This document shows positions 1 through 9,501 of a stretch of 64,000 nucleotides of DNA, piece by piece. The translations under genes were made by a program, and so were the position numbers. The stretch covers positions 1 through 64,000 of IMG/VR virus record IMGVR_UViG_3300036715_001196; one strand, 5' to 3'. The notes beneath the pieces were generated by a model. That model saw only the letters and a list, made by a program, of their open reading frames with translations. It searched no databases and was not told the origin of the DNA. Position 1 is the stretch's first letter. Each line of letters begins with the position of its first letter. Origin of the DNA: a virus (Duplodnaviria; Heunggongvirae; Uroviricota; Caudoviricetes).

Positions 1-139
1 CAATACCATACACAGATTTTGTATTATTCTCCTGCAAGATTAGATAGCTGCGGTATGCCGTATCTACATGCGCTAGAAAACGAATTAGAAAATTTAAAAA
101 AAGAATTAAACTCGCTATCATGAGTTATGGATTAGATAA

Positions 140-1021
140 ATGAAAACTCCCTTAAAAACACTGAAACCAAATTTATTAGGAAAGGATTATGTTATTGGTG
201 ATCTTCACGGATCATATTCTGTCTTTGAAAATCTACTTGCTAATTTAAATTTTAATCCATTAGTTGATAGGCTCATATCTGTCGGTGATTTAATTGACCG
301 CGGCGCACAAAGTCTTAAATGCTTATCTTTGATACGCGAACCATGGTTTCATTCAGTATTTGCAAATCATGAACAACTAATGCTTGAAAAATTCAATGAT
401 CAATTTTACGGCCAATTCTGGTATCAGAACGGCGGATTTTGGGGTGCTGAAGCATACAATAGTTATAAAAACCCAAGCTTAATAATGGACGAAGCAAGTG
501 CTGAACTTATCGATTTATTGCCATTAGTTGAACAGTTGCCATGGCTTATAACTGTTGACACAAAGAGTGGCAATAAATTTCATATAATACATGCTGAGCT
601 GCCTGAGACTATTGAAATAATTACTGATAAAATGCTATCAGACCCTAACGAGGTACAACGGATAGGAACAATAATTCAAGGCGACGGTGAATCATTTCTT
701 TGGAATAGGTCTTTATACGGTGACTTTTATTCTGCTGATATTTCTAATAAAGATAAAGTAATTAGAACTATGGGGTATAAGAATTATGATGTTTTCAATA
801 AAGACTTGTCACATGTAATATCAGGTCACACAATTCTTAGAACTCCTATGACTATACTTGGACAGACATGTATTGATACAGGTGCATATAAATCTGGACA
901 TAGTACTAATGGGCTTACGTGTGTGGAATTAGATTCTTGGAAATTTTACAAAGCAACTAATGATACATTTGAAGAGGTAAATCCGATTACTATTACAGAA
1001 AAGGATATGTCTGGTGACTGA
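140..1021 (+). CDS. Ser/Thr protein phosphatase, PPP-family metallophosphoesterase (lambda PPase/ApaH-like)
   Basis: Metallophosphoesterase signature motifs in order: GDLHG (GDxHG), GDLIDRG (GDxxDRG), ANHE (GNHE). 293-aa ORF with ATG start. Confidence 0.8.
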   Translation: MKTPLKTLKPNLLGKDYVIGDLHGSYSVFENLLANLNFNPLVDRLISVGDLIDRGAQSLKCLSLIREPWFHSVFANHEQLMLEKFNDQFYGQFWYQNGGFWGAEAYNSYKNPSLIMDEASAELIDLLPLVEQLPWLITVDTKSGNKFHIIHAELPETIEIITDKMLSDPNEVQRIGTIIQGDGESFLWNRSLYGDFYSADISNKDKVIRTMGYKNYDVFNKDLSHVISGHTILRTPMTILGQTCIDTGAYKSGHSTNGLTCVELDSWKFYKATNDTFEEVNPITITEKDMSGD

Positions 1022-1227
1022 TGTCTGATAGAAAACGAGAAGAAGAAGAAATATTACTAGAATATGCTTACACAGGAAAGTATTCTGGTAATATATTCCA
1101 CCCAATATATTATAGAGGTTGTTGGTTCTTGGTTGGACGCCTACCTACCACTCTTAATACTATAAAACGTTATTGTAACCTTTCGGACGAAGATTATTTA
1201 TTTCTTAAATTAAGATATGGCGAATGA
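1021..1227 (+). CDS. small hypothetical protein, LKLRYG-family (C-term DEDYLFLKLRYGE)
   Basis: 68-aa ORF overlapping the upstream stop (ATGA). C-terminus shared with the next ORF and with small ORFs near 14.7 kb. Confidence 0.4.
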   Translation: MSDRKREEEEILLEYAYTGKYSGNIFHPIYYRGCWFLVGRLPTTLNTIKRYCNLSDEDYLFLKLRYGE

Positions 1228-1405
1228 GATAATATTATATGAATACAAATTTATTGGGATTTCGGGGTACGTCTATTATCCTAAATATCGAAACGGTAAA
1301 TGGTGTCCTGATATACACAACGAATGCACCTTAGTCGAGATTGCCTCCATTTTTGACATACCTGAAGACGACTTAATAATTCTAAAATTAAGGTATGGCG
1401 GTTGA
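1217..1405 (+). CDS. small hypothetical protein, LKLRYG-family paralog (C-term EDDLIILKLRYGG)
   Basis: 62-aa ORF overlapping its paralog. Conserved Cys/aromatic positions (RGCWFL vs NGKWCP) and identical C-terminal motif. Confidence 0.4.
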   Translation: MANEIILYEYKFIGISGYVYYPKYRNGKWCPDIHNECTLVEIASIFDIPEDDLIILKLRYGG

Positions 1406-1539
1406 CATTTATGATTGGAAAAATCTTATATGGCGTAATACAAACATTGCAAAATTAGAAGCCTTGTATAATGCGGGATATACTGTTATACTTGTCCTCG
1501 ACGGTGTTAAATATAACTGGAAATCATATAGGATAAGAT

Positions 1540-2496
1540 ATGGATTATTGGACAGATGTTAAGAAAATTGATAGTTCTGAAGGTAATGTGAGTAAATTTA
1601 TATTTACCTCAGCTGATAGCGTAGCAGAGGCAGTTTTATATAAGCACCCTACTTACCAGGATAGAACAGTAGTTTGTTTCTCAGTAATGTCGGGTTGCCC
1701 GATGGGTTGCCGTTTCTGTGGCACCGGCGAATTTTTTATTAGAAACTTAACAGTAGGCGAAATCGTTGAACAGGTAACATATGTATTATCTACTACTGGA
1801 TTGAAGGCACACGAATTTAATAAGATACAGTTAATGTCAATGAGTATGGGCGAGCCTTTATTAAATAAGAACGGATTGACAGATGCATTTCGTACATTGT
1901 ATGCATTATACCCGAATGCTGCATTGCTTATTAGTACATCAGCACCAGCAGTTGATTATAGTTGGGTACGTGATTTATCAATAGAAATTCCTACTATAGG
2001 TTTACAATTTTCTGTACACGAAAGCACTGACGAAGCACGTAACAAACTAATTCCGTTCAAAGCAAAATTGACATTGGCACAAATTGCTGAAGAAGGTGAA
2101 AAGTGGTATAGAGCAACCGGGCGACAGCCATTCTTTAATTATTGCGCACACGATGCAAATGATAAACAAGAAGATGCAGATCGTTTAGAAACATTATTTA
2201 ATCCAACAATTTGGCAATCTACTGTTTCTGTTATCTGTGAACAAGATGAATCTGTTGCAGCGGCTAACGAGCGTCAGCGCAGGTTAGCAACAGATTTTAT
2301 GGAATTACTTATGTTACGTGGATATTCCACTCGTTGCTTTGATCCTGCTGGGCAAGATGACATAGGTGGTGGATGTGGGCAACTTTTTCATGTGCAGATT
2401 TGGGTTAAGTCCCATCCCGAAAATACAAGAAGTTCATGCGGAGCTGGATTACCAAAAGTTCATATGCCCCGTGTTATTGAAATTGTGAAAGTATAA
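1540..2496 (+). CDS. radical SAM methyltransferase, RlmN/Cfr-like (rRNA/tRNA adenine C2/C8 methyltransferase family)
   Basis: VVCFSVMSGCPMGCRFCGTG matches the RlmN/Cfr Cys + CxxxCxFCxTG radical SAM cluster. MSMGEPLLN matches the RlmN MGMGEPL motif. C-terminal GGGCGQL matches the second catalytic Cys (CGQL). 318 aa, lacks the usual N-terminal extension. Confidence 0.7.
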   Translation: MDYWTDVKKIDSSEGNVSKFIFTSADSVAEAVLYKHPTYQDRTVVCFSVMSGCPMGCRFCGTGEFFIRNLTVGEIVEQVTYVLSTTGLKAHEFNKIQLMSMSMGEPLLNKNGLTDAFRTLYALYPNAALLISTSAPAVDYSWVRDLSIEIPTIGLQFSVHESTDEARNKLIPFKAKLTLAQIAEEGEKWYRATGRQPFFNYCAHDANDKQEDADRLETLFNPTIWQSTVSVICEQDESVAAANERQRRLATDFMELLMLRGYSTRCFDPAGQDDIGGGCGQLFHVQIWVKSHPENTRSSCGAGLPKVHMPRVIEIVKV

Positions 2497-2497
2497 T

Positions 2498-2713
2498 ATG
2501 GCAGTAGATATGCTAGATCGTGAAATTAATATTAGTGACTTCGTAATCATGTACAATAACATATACGAAGTGACTAAGATTGATGGACAAAATGCACAGA
2601 TAATTCTTGTTAGTAAATCAAAGACAACGAAAAGTGCATGGCATCGTGGTAGCAAATTATGCTTGTTACATAAAGAAGATATTTTAATGTGGAAACTGAA
2701 GGGTGGATTTTAA
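2498..2713 (+). CDS. hypothetical protein
   Basis: 71-aa ORF, ATG 1 nt after the upstream stop, same strand in an operon-like context. Confidence 0.35.
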   Translation: MAVDMLDREINISDFVIMYNNIYEVTKIDGQNAQIILVSKSKTTKSAWHRGSKLCLLHKEDILMWKLKGGF

Positions 2714-3071
2714 CCTGGGTAAAGAATTAAACCCATTTCTGGCAGGCTTTCAACTTGCTGGTCAACGTAGAGCTAATGGATTATTATATCCGTTTGGCCA
2801 TGGCGGGAATCCGATATCCGAATGACCAAAAGTAGTTAAATTGTATCACAACACTTATACACTCGAATACGTTACTAAAGGTAATAACGGGTATGAATGC
2901 GGGGCATATGTATGAACTCAATACCTTTATTAGATAAAATTTATGACGGCGAGTCAATCTGCGATATATCACGAGATGTACACGAAGCCTTCATTGCGGA
3001 TTTTACACCAAATATTAAAAATATTCCTGTAAACGAAGATTATATTCAGAAGGGCAGTTTTCGTGTACTAA

Positions 3072-3305
3072 TTGTTTGGAATTCAGATGAATAAAAATTT
3101 AAAAAGATTAAAAGACCAGTCAATAGAAACACACACATATTCTGATATTGACGGGGATAATAACAAAGGCCTACGGCTGAACGAAGAAAAATTTGCTGAA
3201 CTCGTGATACAAGAATGTATGAAACTTAATAACATGTATGTAGGGAGCAGAGTCGGCGAAATAGATCTTAACTTAATATATAAAGAGCATTTTGGGCTAA
3301 AATGA
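3072..3305 (+). CDS. hypothetical protein
   Basis: 77-aa ORF. Stop overlaps the next start (ATGA). Confidence 0.35.
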   Translation: MFGIQMNKNLKRLKDQSIETHTYSDIDGDNNKGLRLNEEKFAELVIQECMKLNNMYVGSRVGEIDLNLIYKEHFGLK

Positions 3306-3568
3306 AAGATGGTTTAATCACACTTAGGCTATACCTAGAAGCATATGTAGCAGATCTCGTATTTTGGTTTAGTGAGTATAGAAAAGCCTTAGTTGATCCG
3401 ATGTATCTTCGCGAACGTTTATATAATAATGAATTGTCCCTTATACTAGTTCATATTCTATTAGGGTTTCTTCTTCCTTTTCTTTTACCATTTGCTATTT
3501 TGTTTACAGCATATGGAAGGTACAAGGATGACCAAGATAAAATTTTAAGACGATTACGTGGAACATGA
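3302..3568 (+). CDS. small membrane protein, tandem paralog 1 of 3
   Basis: 88 aa. Hydrophobic segment LILVHILLGFLLPFLLPFAILF. Related N-term (MKDGLITLRLYLEAY) and C-term (ILRRLRGT) to the next two ORFs. ATGA coupling. Confidence 0.45.
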   Translation: MKDGLITLRLYLEAYVADLVFWFSEYRKALVDPMYLRERLYNNELSLILVHILLGFLLPFLLPFAILFTAYGRYKDDQDKILRRLRGT

Positions 3569-3804
3569 GATACCTTAGATATTTTAAACAATCAGTACTA
3601 TTATACCTTTCAAATTTAGTTGGCATAATAACCCTTAAAGGATTATACATTGATCTTCCATTAGTTATTTTCTATATTCTTGTAATTGTGCCGTTTATTA
3701 TTCCAGTGTTTTTAGTATGCTCTATTATTATTGTTCCTATTAATACTTACTATTTTTATAGACACGAACAGGAAGAAATTATAAAAAGGCTACAAGGATT
3801 ATGA
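3565..3804 (+). CDS. small membrane protein, tandem paralog 2 of 3
   Basis: 79 aa with TM segment. C-term IIKRLQGL parallels the neighbours. Translational coupling. Confidence 0.45.
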   Translation: MRYLRYFKQSVLLYLSNLVGIITLKGLYIDLPLVIFYILVIVPFIIPVFLVCSIIIVPINTYYFYRHEQEEIIKRLQGL

Positions 3805-4112
3805 AAGATTATTTAGTAACATGTAAATTATACATTAAGCAAATACCACACTCAACACTTCTAATTATAAAATTAATTGATTCTCTTATATCAATTAAAG
3901 ATAGAGAAAGCACTTCGTCTTGGTTGTTAATATCACTACCAATGGCATCATTGCTCTTTTTATGCTCGCCTGCTATAATTGCCATTACAGCATACAAGTA
4001 TATGCAACGAGACAAAATTAGGATTTGGAATAAATTAAAAACTGGTAGTGATGCAATCTCAGATGTAACATCAAACGGAGAAGAGAATGAACCAAAATTT
4101 AAAAAAGTATAA
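3801..4112 (+). CDS. small membrane protein, tandem paralog 3 of 3
   Basis: 103 aa. N-term MKDYLVTCKLYIKQ similar to paralog 1. TM segment LLISLPMASLLFLCSPAIIAI. Confidence 0.45.
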   Translation: MKDYLVTCKLYIKQIPHSTLLIIKLIDSLISIKDRESTSSWLLISLPMASLLFLCSPAIIAITAYKYMQRDKIRIWNKLKTGSDAISDVTSNGEENEPKFKKV

Positions 4113-4275
4113 ATTTAAGATACAACTGTGGTTTCATAGAAATCGCTTGCAAATCACATGGTTCTTAATCGGCTGGTTAGTAACATCTGGTATCAGTGCA
4201 TTGTTTGCAGGTCAATATCTTAGTGCATTAATTTCTTTCTTGTTTGCAGGTCTTAATTACGTATTGTCTGAATAA
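4087..4275 (+). CDS. small membrane protein
   Basis: 62-aa ORF with two hydrophobic segments. Overlaps the upstream gene end. Confidence 0.35.
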   Translation: MNQNLKKYKFKIQLWFHRNRLQITWFLIGWLVTSGISALFAGQYLSALISFLFAGLNYVLSE

Positions 4276-4282
4276 TAGTCAT

Positions 4283-4702
4283 ATGCCTAATCCATGGGAT
4301 CACTTACCAAATGCTAAACACATTGATGCTATAATTGCATCAGTTAAAGCACACCTAAAAGAATGGGGTGCGGCAAGGGGTGCGGCAAGGGGTGCGGAGC
4401 GGGGTGAGGTGTGGGATGCGGTAAGGGATGCGGCGTGGGATGCGGCGTGGGATGCGGCATGGGATGCGGCGAGGGATGCGGCGAGGGATGGGGCGTGGGA
4501 AGCGGCCTGTAGTGCGGCATATTATGCGGCAAGGGATGCAATCATTGCCCTTATTGCATATGATGATTGCGCATATATGCTCGACTCAGATCCAAGCGAG
4601 TTAGAAATAATTGCTAAATTCGGTGACGAGAGAGCAATACTTTTATTAGCTGCATGTAAGGTATTTGCAGATATTAAGATACATAAACCAGTTATTGCTT
4701 GA
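4283..4702 (+). CDS. HEAT-like repeat protein, hypervariable family A member 1
   Basis: Internal ATG ([28 protein letters not shown]). Centre made of AARGAA/AAWDAA/AARDAA hexapeptide repeats. C-term [47 protein letters not shown]. Stop TGA lies inside the -35 of the next promoter. Confidence 0.75.
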   Translation: MPNPWDHLPNAKHIDAIIASVKAHLKEWGAARGAARGAERGEVWDAVRDAAWDAAWDAAWDAARDAARDGAWEAACSAAYYAARDAIIALIAYDDCAYMLDSDPSELEIIAKFGDERAILLLAACKVFADIKIHKPVIA

Positions 4703-4724
4703 CAAATGATTCCAGCTATCATAT

Positions 4725-4727
<3 letters not shown>
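4699..4727 (+). promoter_or_regulatory. sigma70-type promoter of the family-A cassette (TTGACA-N17-TATTAT), followed by an (ATA)n microsatellite
   Basis: TTGACAAATGATTCCAGCTATCATATTAT. The -35 overlaps the stop of the upstream family-A gene. The -10 is followed by about 19 ATA/TAA repeats before the conserved UTR and RBS. Confidence 0.6.
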
Positions 4728-4787
<60 letters not shown>

Positions 4788-4810
4788 AACAAACACCGTA
4801 GGAGTACAAA

Positions 4811-5200
4811 ATGTCTAATCCATGGGATCACTTACCAAATGCGAAACACATTGATGCATTAATTGCATCAGTTAAAGCACACCCAGAAGAATGGGTTGCG
4901 GCAAGGTATGCGGAGCGGGGTGAGGCGTGGGATGAGGCGTGGGGTGCGGCGTGGGATGCGGCGTGGAATGCGGCGGGGGATGCAGCATATTATGCGGCAA
5001 GGTGTGCGGCGTGGGGTGCAGCCTGGGATGCGGCGTGGGATGCAATCATTGCCCTTATCGCGTATGATGATTGCGCATATATGCTCGACTCAGATCCAAG
5101 CGAGTTAGAAATAATTGCTAAATTCGGTAATGAGAGAGCAATACTTTTATTAGCTGCATGTAATGCATTTTCGATCATTAAGGAAAAAGAACATGTCTAA
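4811..5200 (+). CDS. HEAT-like repeat protein, family A member 2
   Basis: [34 protein letters not shown] repeats, conserved C-term. RBS AGGAGTACAAAATG. Confidence 0.8.
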   Translation: MSNPWDHLPNAKHIDALIASVKAHPEEWVAARYAERGEAWDEAWGAAWDAAWNAAGDAAYYAARCAAWGAAWDAAWDAIIALIAYDDCAYMLDSDPSELEIIAKFGNERAILLLAACNAFSIIKEKEHV

Positions 5201-5723
5201 TAATATAATCACAATTAAAGATTTTATGGCCTGTGTTAATTATTGTATTACTGATAGTTCAGAATACTGTTGGTCATGTTATGGCAATAATGCAAGGTAT
5301 ATGGATTATTGGAACGAAAAACACGGTGACGATAGTGTATCAATGTCTATAATTTTTGATACAAATACTCAAATTGTATATCAGATGGAAGTATGGGATA
5401 GTTCAAGTCATCGAGAATATCGTTGGCTTAATCCTGATTATAAAAAGGTATTTCTAGATGAAGCAAATTCTCGTAACATTAAGCCTAACGAAACAATTGA
5501 TGGGCGAAAGTTTATTGACTTAGATGTTAGGGTTGATATGTTAGAAAAGGCTTCTGCAATCTTTGCCGGTAGAGAATATGATACTCGTGTATCTGTTGAT
5601 ATAGAATTAGACGACAACACTATGTTAGCATTAATGACAATGGCACACGAAGCTGATATGACATTAAATAATTTTGTTACTTACATCATCGAACAGGAAA
5701 TAATAAAACAACCAACGAAATAG
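5193..5723 (+). CDS. hypothetical protein
   Basis: ATG with RBS AAGGAAAAAGAAC. Overlaps the family-A stop. 176 aa. Confidence 0.5.
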   Translation: MSNNIITIKDFMACVNYCITDSSEYCWSCYGNNARYMDYWNEKHGDDSVSMSIIFDTNTQIVYQMEVWDSSSHREYRWLNPDYKKVFLDEANSRNIKPNETIDGRKFIDLDVRVDMLEKASAIFAGREYDTRVSVDIELDDNTMLALMTMAHEADMTLNNFVTYIIEQEIIKQPTK

Positions 5724-5810
5724 CAAACGAACTACCATATAATATTATCAAAGGCGCTATAATAACGCTGTGGTACAAAATTTTTATTAACATTACTAAA
5801 AGGAAATACA

Positions 5811-6173
5811 ATGTCTTCACATCAAACGATTAATACCAAGGTTGCTGAACAACTTGCAGCAATTGCACCGCAGGTAGCGGAAAATATTATTAACCATTTG
5901 GTTACTAAAGAATTGACCCGCCGTTCGGACGCGATTATTCAGGCAATAGCTACGTCTGAAAAACTTTCCAAAGATCTAGCCAAATTGAAACCTGATAATG
6001 TATTGTACAATGAAGATGGCACAGTAGCATCTTCGACATACACTAAGGCAAAGTTGGACGAAAAATCTAAGATTACAACCCAGATCAAAAAAATTGAAGA
6101 CGCAATCGAAAAAGCACTAGCGAACAACGACTATAGCTTGTTGTTCAACTTAGCAAAACCGCAAGAAGCGTAA
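5811..6173 (+). CDS. hypothetical protein (coiled-coil rich)
   Basis: 120-aa ORF preceded by AAAGGAAATACAATG. Confidence 0.5.
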   Translation: MSSHQTINTKVAEQLAAIAPQVAENIINHLVTKELTRRSDAIIQAIATSEKLSKDLAKLKPDNVLYNEDGTVASSTYTKAKLDEKSKITTQIKKIEDAIEKALANNDYSLLFNLAKPQEA

Positions 6174-6174
6174 T

Positions 6175-6426
6175 ATGAACTTAACTTACATCCGTGCTGA
6201 AGTTGATCGGCGCGTAGCAGAACAAATGCCTGTTGTCTTGTTCGAACGAAGCATTTTACTTCATAAAAAAGTCGGCTCAACAAATGGGTGTAAGTGTTCG
6301 TATTGTTGTTTAAAACGTGCATCAACGTCTGCGATCGCAAATGCAGGTTATCACAGACGTGATTCTGTAAAAAGAACATATATGTTTCTGTTGTCTCAAG
6401 AAATGAAAAAGTATCAAGGGGAATAA
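6175..6426 (+). CDS. hypothetical protein
   Basis: 83-aa ORF immediately after the upstream stop. Confidence 0.4.
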   Translation: MNLTYIRAEVDRRVAEQMPVVLFERSILLHKKVGSTNGCKCSYCCLKRASTSAIANAGYHRRDSVKRTYMFLLSQEMKKYQGE

Positions 6427-6498
6427 AATGTTTATGCTATTATTGATTATTTGTGCAATAATCGTTTGCTATAATATTTCCGAAGGCAGAGGTCCAAA

Positions 6499-6753
6499 AT
6501 GATTTTAGAACTATTTACAATCATTGTTGTTGCTGTAGTGGCATACTACATAATATCACAAATTGTTATTCCGACGATTAGTGATACACCGATTCTTCCG
6601 ATGTTTCGGAAGAATGATGTAAACAAGAAAATTAGTCGCTTAAAGCAGGAATTAGAAAAGGTAGCAAATCAAGGGCAGTTAGATGCTTTAAACAATGAAG
6701 TTCAACGCCGAAAGGCAGAATTGGAGAAAAGAAATGCTAAATCTAAACCTTAA
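6499..6753 (+). CDS. small membrane protein with coiled-coil tail
   Basis: N-terminal TM helix ILELFTIIVVAVVAYYIISQIVI. Stop overlaps the downstream SPFH gene start. Confidence 0.45.
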   Translation: MILELFTIIVVAVVAYYIISQIVIPTISDTPILPMFRKNDVNKKISRLKQELEKVANQGQLDALNNEVQRRKAELEKRNAKSKP

Positions 6754-7960
6754 GAAAATAGGTTTACTCGTACTTAGTGCTATTACGTTTTTGATTGCAC
6801 TGATTATTGTTCCACAACTATTCACTAATGTGGATGCGAAACAGATTGTTGTATTGCAAACAATTACAGGTAAGTTGGAATGTTTAACTGCACCTGGGTG
6901 GACTTGGCAAGGTATAGGTAAATTAACACATTACCCACGACGAGATCAGTTTTCGTTTAGTTCTGCTATAGACCAAGGTAAGGCAGTCGACGAGTCAATC
7001 CAAACACGATTCAACGATGGCGGCCATGCGAATATCAGCGGTACTATTAACTGGGCAATGCCATTGTCGTGCGAAAAGATTATTTCATTACATAAAGATT
7101 TTGGCAGCGTAAATGCTATTGAGCAGCAATTGATGCGTACAGCCGTTCAGAAAGTTATTTATAATGTTGGACCTACAATGAGCTCTACTGAAAGTTCAGC
7201 TGAAAAACGGCCCGATATTCCAAAATACATCGATGACCAATTAGTGAACGGTACATACTTAACAAAGACTGTTCAACACACTGAAAAAGACGCAATTACT
7301 GGCCAAGACAAAATTGTAAATGTTGTCACTATTGCAATGGATGAATCCGGTAAAGCTGCTCGTGAAAGTAAGAGCCAATTAACTGAATACGGGTTAGTGT
7401 TGCAACCTGTTGCAATTAATACAATCAAATACAGTGATGATGTTGAAAAACAAATCACTGAACGACAAAAGGCTACCACAGCGGTGCAAATCAGCAAGGC
7501 TAATGCAATTAAGGCAGAGCAAGAAAAATTGACCACAATTAGTCAAGGTGAAGCTAATGCAGCAAAAGCAAAGTGGGAACAGGAAGTTGAAAATGCTAAA
7601 ACTATTGCAACTGCACAGGCTAAAGTTACAATTGCTGATGCAAGTGTGAAAGAAGCAGAAGCATTTAAGAAAGCTGAGATCTTACGTGGTGAAGGTGAAG
7701 CAACTCGCAAGAAATTAGTTATGGAAGCTGATGGCGCCCTTTCTCCTAAACTGGATGCATTAGTAAAGATTAACGAAATGTATGCTAATGCTATTAAAAA
7801 CGCAGCACCTGGTGCTTGGTCTCCGAGTATAGTAATGGGTGGATCTGGTAGTAATGCAGGTCAGGGTGCAAACGCTTTAATCGAAATGATGACCGCTAAA
7901 ACTGCAAAAGATCTTGGTATTGATATGTCAGTAACACGCGGGGCAACTACTAAGAAGTAA
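6734..7960 (+). CDS. SPFH/band-7 (prohibitin/flotillin/HflK-like) membrane protein
   Basis: N-terminal TM helix, then a band-7-like core. C-terminal A/E/K-rich coiled coil (AKAEQEKL...AEILRGEGEATRKKL) typical of HflK/C and YqiK-type SPFH proteins. RBS GGAGAAAAGAAATG. Confidence 0.65.
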   Translation: MLNLNLKKIGLLVLSAITFLIALIIVPQLFTNVDAKQIVVLQTITGKLECLTAPGWTWQGIGKLTHYPRRDQFSFSSAIDQGKAVDESIQTRFNDGGHANISGTINWAMPLSCEKIISLHKDFGSVNAIEQQLMRTAVQKVIYNVGPTMSSTESSAEKRPDIPKYIDDQLVNGTYLTKTVQHTEKDAITGQDKIVNVVTIAMDESGKAARESKSQLTEYGLVLQPVAINTIKYSDDVEKQITERQKATTAVQISKANAIKAEQEKLTTISQGEANAAKAKWEQEVENAKTIATAQAKVTIADASVKEAEAFKKAEILRGEGEATRKKLVMEADGALSPKLDALVKINEMYANAIKNAAPGAWSPSIVMGGSGSNAGQGANALIEMMTAKTAKDLGIDMSVTRGATTKK

Positions 7961-7986
7961 GTAGTAATATCGCTTGCAATTAAGAT

Positions 7987-8020
7987 CCCTACATGTTATA
8001 TTATGCATGTAGGGTTTTTA
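7987..8020 (+). terminator. rho-independent terminator
   Basis: CCCTACATG...CATGTAGGG hairpin followed by TTTTTATT. Confidence 0.6.
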
Positions 8021-8043
8021 TTATCTAAACGAAAGGAGATAAA

Positions 8044-8682
8044 GTGGACGTATTAACAGGGTTTTTAGTTGGTTTTGCTGCGACACAATGGTTCTGGGCG
8101 GTATTAGTTATAGTAATACTCTTGTTGACTACAAGTGCTATCAATGAAGAAGGTTTTTGGGCAGCTACAATGTCATTTATGCTCTTAGCATTAGCATTTA
8201 GTAAATGGCCTGCTATTTGCGCATTTCTAAGCTCGCCAGTCATAGCAGTTACAGCAATCATTGCATATTTTACAATTGGTGCAATGTGGGGTGTATTCAA
8301 ATGGAAATTGTATGTCGATATGGTGTATAATATCTGTGTATCTAATCGTGAAAATTTTCTACGGTACAGAAAATTGCCAAATGATTATTTACAAAATAAT
8401 CCTAAGGCGGATGTAATCGGTTATTACATTGAATATATGCGTAATAATATACCCGGGAAATATGTACCACATGATATAAACACTATCGAAGAATTAAATA
8501 ATTCATTAGTTCCGATTGCATCAAACAATTCGTATTCGATTATTATGTGGATAACTTACTGGCCAATTTCTGCAATATGGTTTGTTGTAAGTGATTTGTT
8601 TACTGAAATTGGAAAAGCAATTTATCGCAATCTTGCACAAATATTTCAATCAGTATCTGATAGCAAATTTAAAAAGTTTTAA
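8044..8682 (+). CDS. integral membrane protein (multi-TM)
   Basis: GTG start after AAAGGAGATAAA. Several hydrophobic helices. Confidence 0.5.
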   Translation: MDVLTGFLVGFAATQWFWAVLVIVILLLTTSAINEEGFWAATMSFMLLALAFSKWPAICAFLSSPVIAVTAIIAYFTIGAMWGVFKWKLYVDMVYNICVSNRENFLRYRKLPNDYLQNNPKADVIGYYIEYMRNNIPGKYVPHDINTIEELNNSLVPIASNNSYSIIMWITYWPISAIWFVVSDLFTEIGKAIYRNLAQIFQSVSDSKFKKF

Positions 8683-8766
8683 TTGAAGTTTTAGTAAGGC
8701 GTCACTTGCAAAAAATCCCTTATATGCTATAATGTGTATAAGGGATTTTTAATTTACAGAGAATAT

Positions 8767-9105
8767 ATGAATAAAAAGATCATAGCAGCACAAATTACTA
8801 CAATATCTCCTTATGATTTTGATAAATCTTTAAAAGATATTAGAACATATATTAACGGGTTAATTGCAGAACACGGAGAAGATGCAGAGATAGATTACGA
8901 TTCTAGTTTCCATCATCCGTATGATCCAAATCCGTCGCCGCAGTATTCATTGGTTATTCGCCGTCAAGAAACTGATGAAGAATATGCGGAAAGAATAAAT
9001 CGTGAAGATCAGAGTAAGCTAAACATCGAAGAGCGAGATAGAAAAGAATTTGCACGTTTGAAAAGTTGTTCGGAGATAAGAAATGACTACCGACACCTTA
9101 AATAA
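8767..9105 (+). CDS. hypothetical protein
   Basis: Preferred ATG (MNKKIIAAQ) downstream of a TTGCAA-N17-TATAAT promoter at 8700-8732. Confidence 0.45.
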   Translation: MNKKIIAAQITTISPYDFDKSLKDIRTYINGLIAEHGEDAEIDYDSSFHHPYDPNPSPQYSLVIRRQETDEEYAERINREDQSKLNIEERDRKEFARLKSCSEIRNDYRHLK

Positions 9106-9153
9106 ATTTAGAATTTTATCAGTTGCTGAAAGTGGTGGAAATGTCGATAGTAT

Positions 9154-9402
9154 GTGTGCGTTGAGCATACAGCATATTACAACCAATCAGCAAGACACTT
9201 AACACAAGTTAAACGAATACCGAATCAGGTTATTACGACACGTATAAGCATAGACATAGCGAGGTCTATGACTGTTACAAGTAACAACTGTAGAATCTTA
9301 GTGCCTAAGATAGACATCGACGGGCTTATACAGTATTTGCAAGAAGTGAAGGTCTTTTTATCAGAAAACGATTTATGCGAAAAATTAGTAGGAAAGGCAT
9401 AA
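9154..9402 (+). CDS. hypothetical protein
   Basis: 82-aa ORF. Weak signals. Confidence 0.3.
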   Translation: MCVEHTAYYNQSARHLTQVKRIPNQVITTRISIDIARSMTVTSNNCRILVPKIDIDGLIQYLQEVKVFLSENDLCEKLVGKA

Positions 9403-9501
9403 GTTATGAACAGCAGCTTCTTTAATTATACAAATTATGTAATGATAAAGATACAGAATTTCTAAATTCTATAATTTTAAAAGCTTAATAAGGAAAGAAA
9501 A

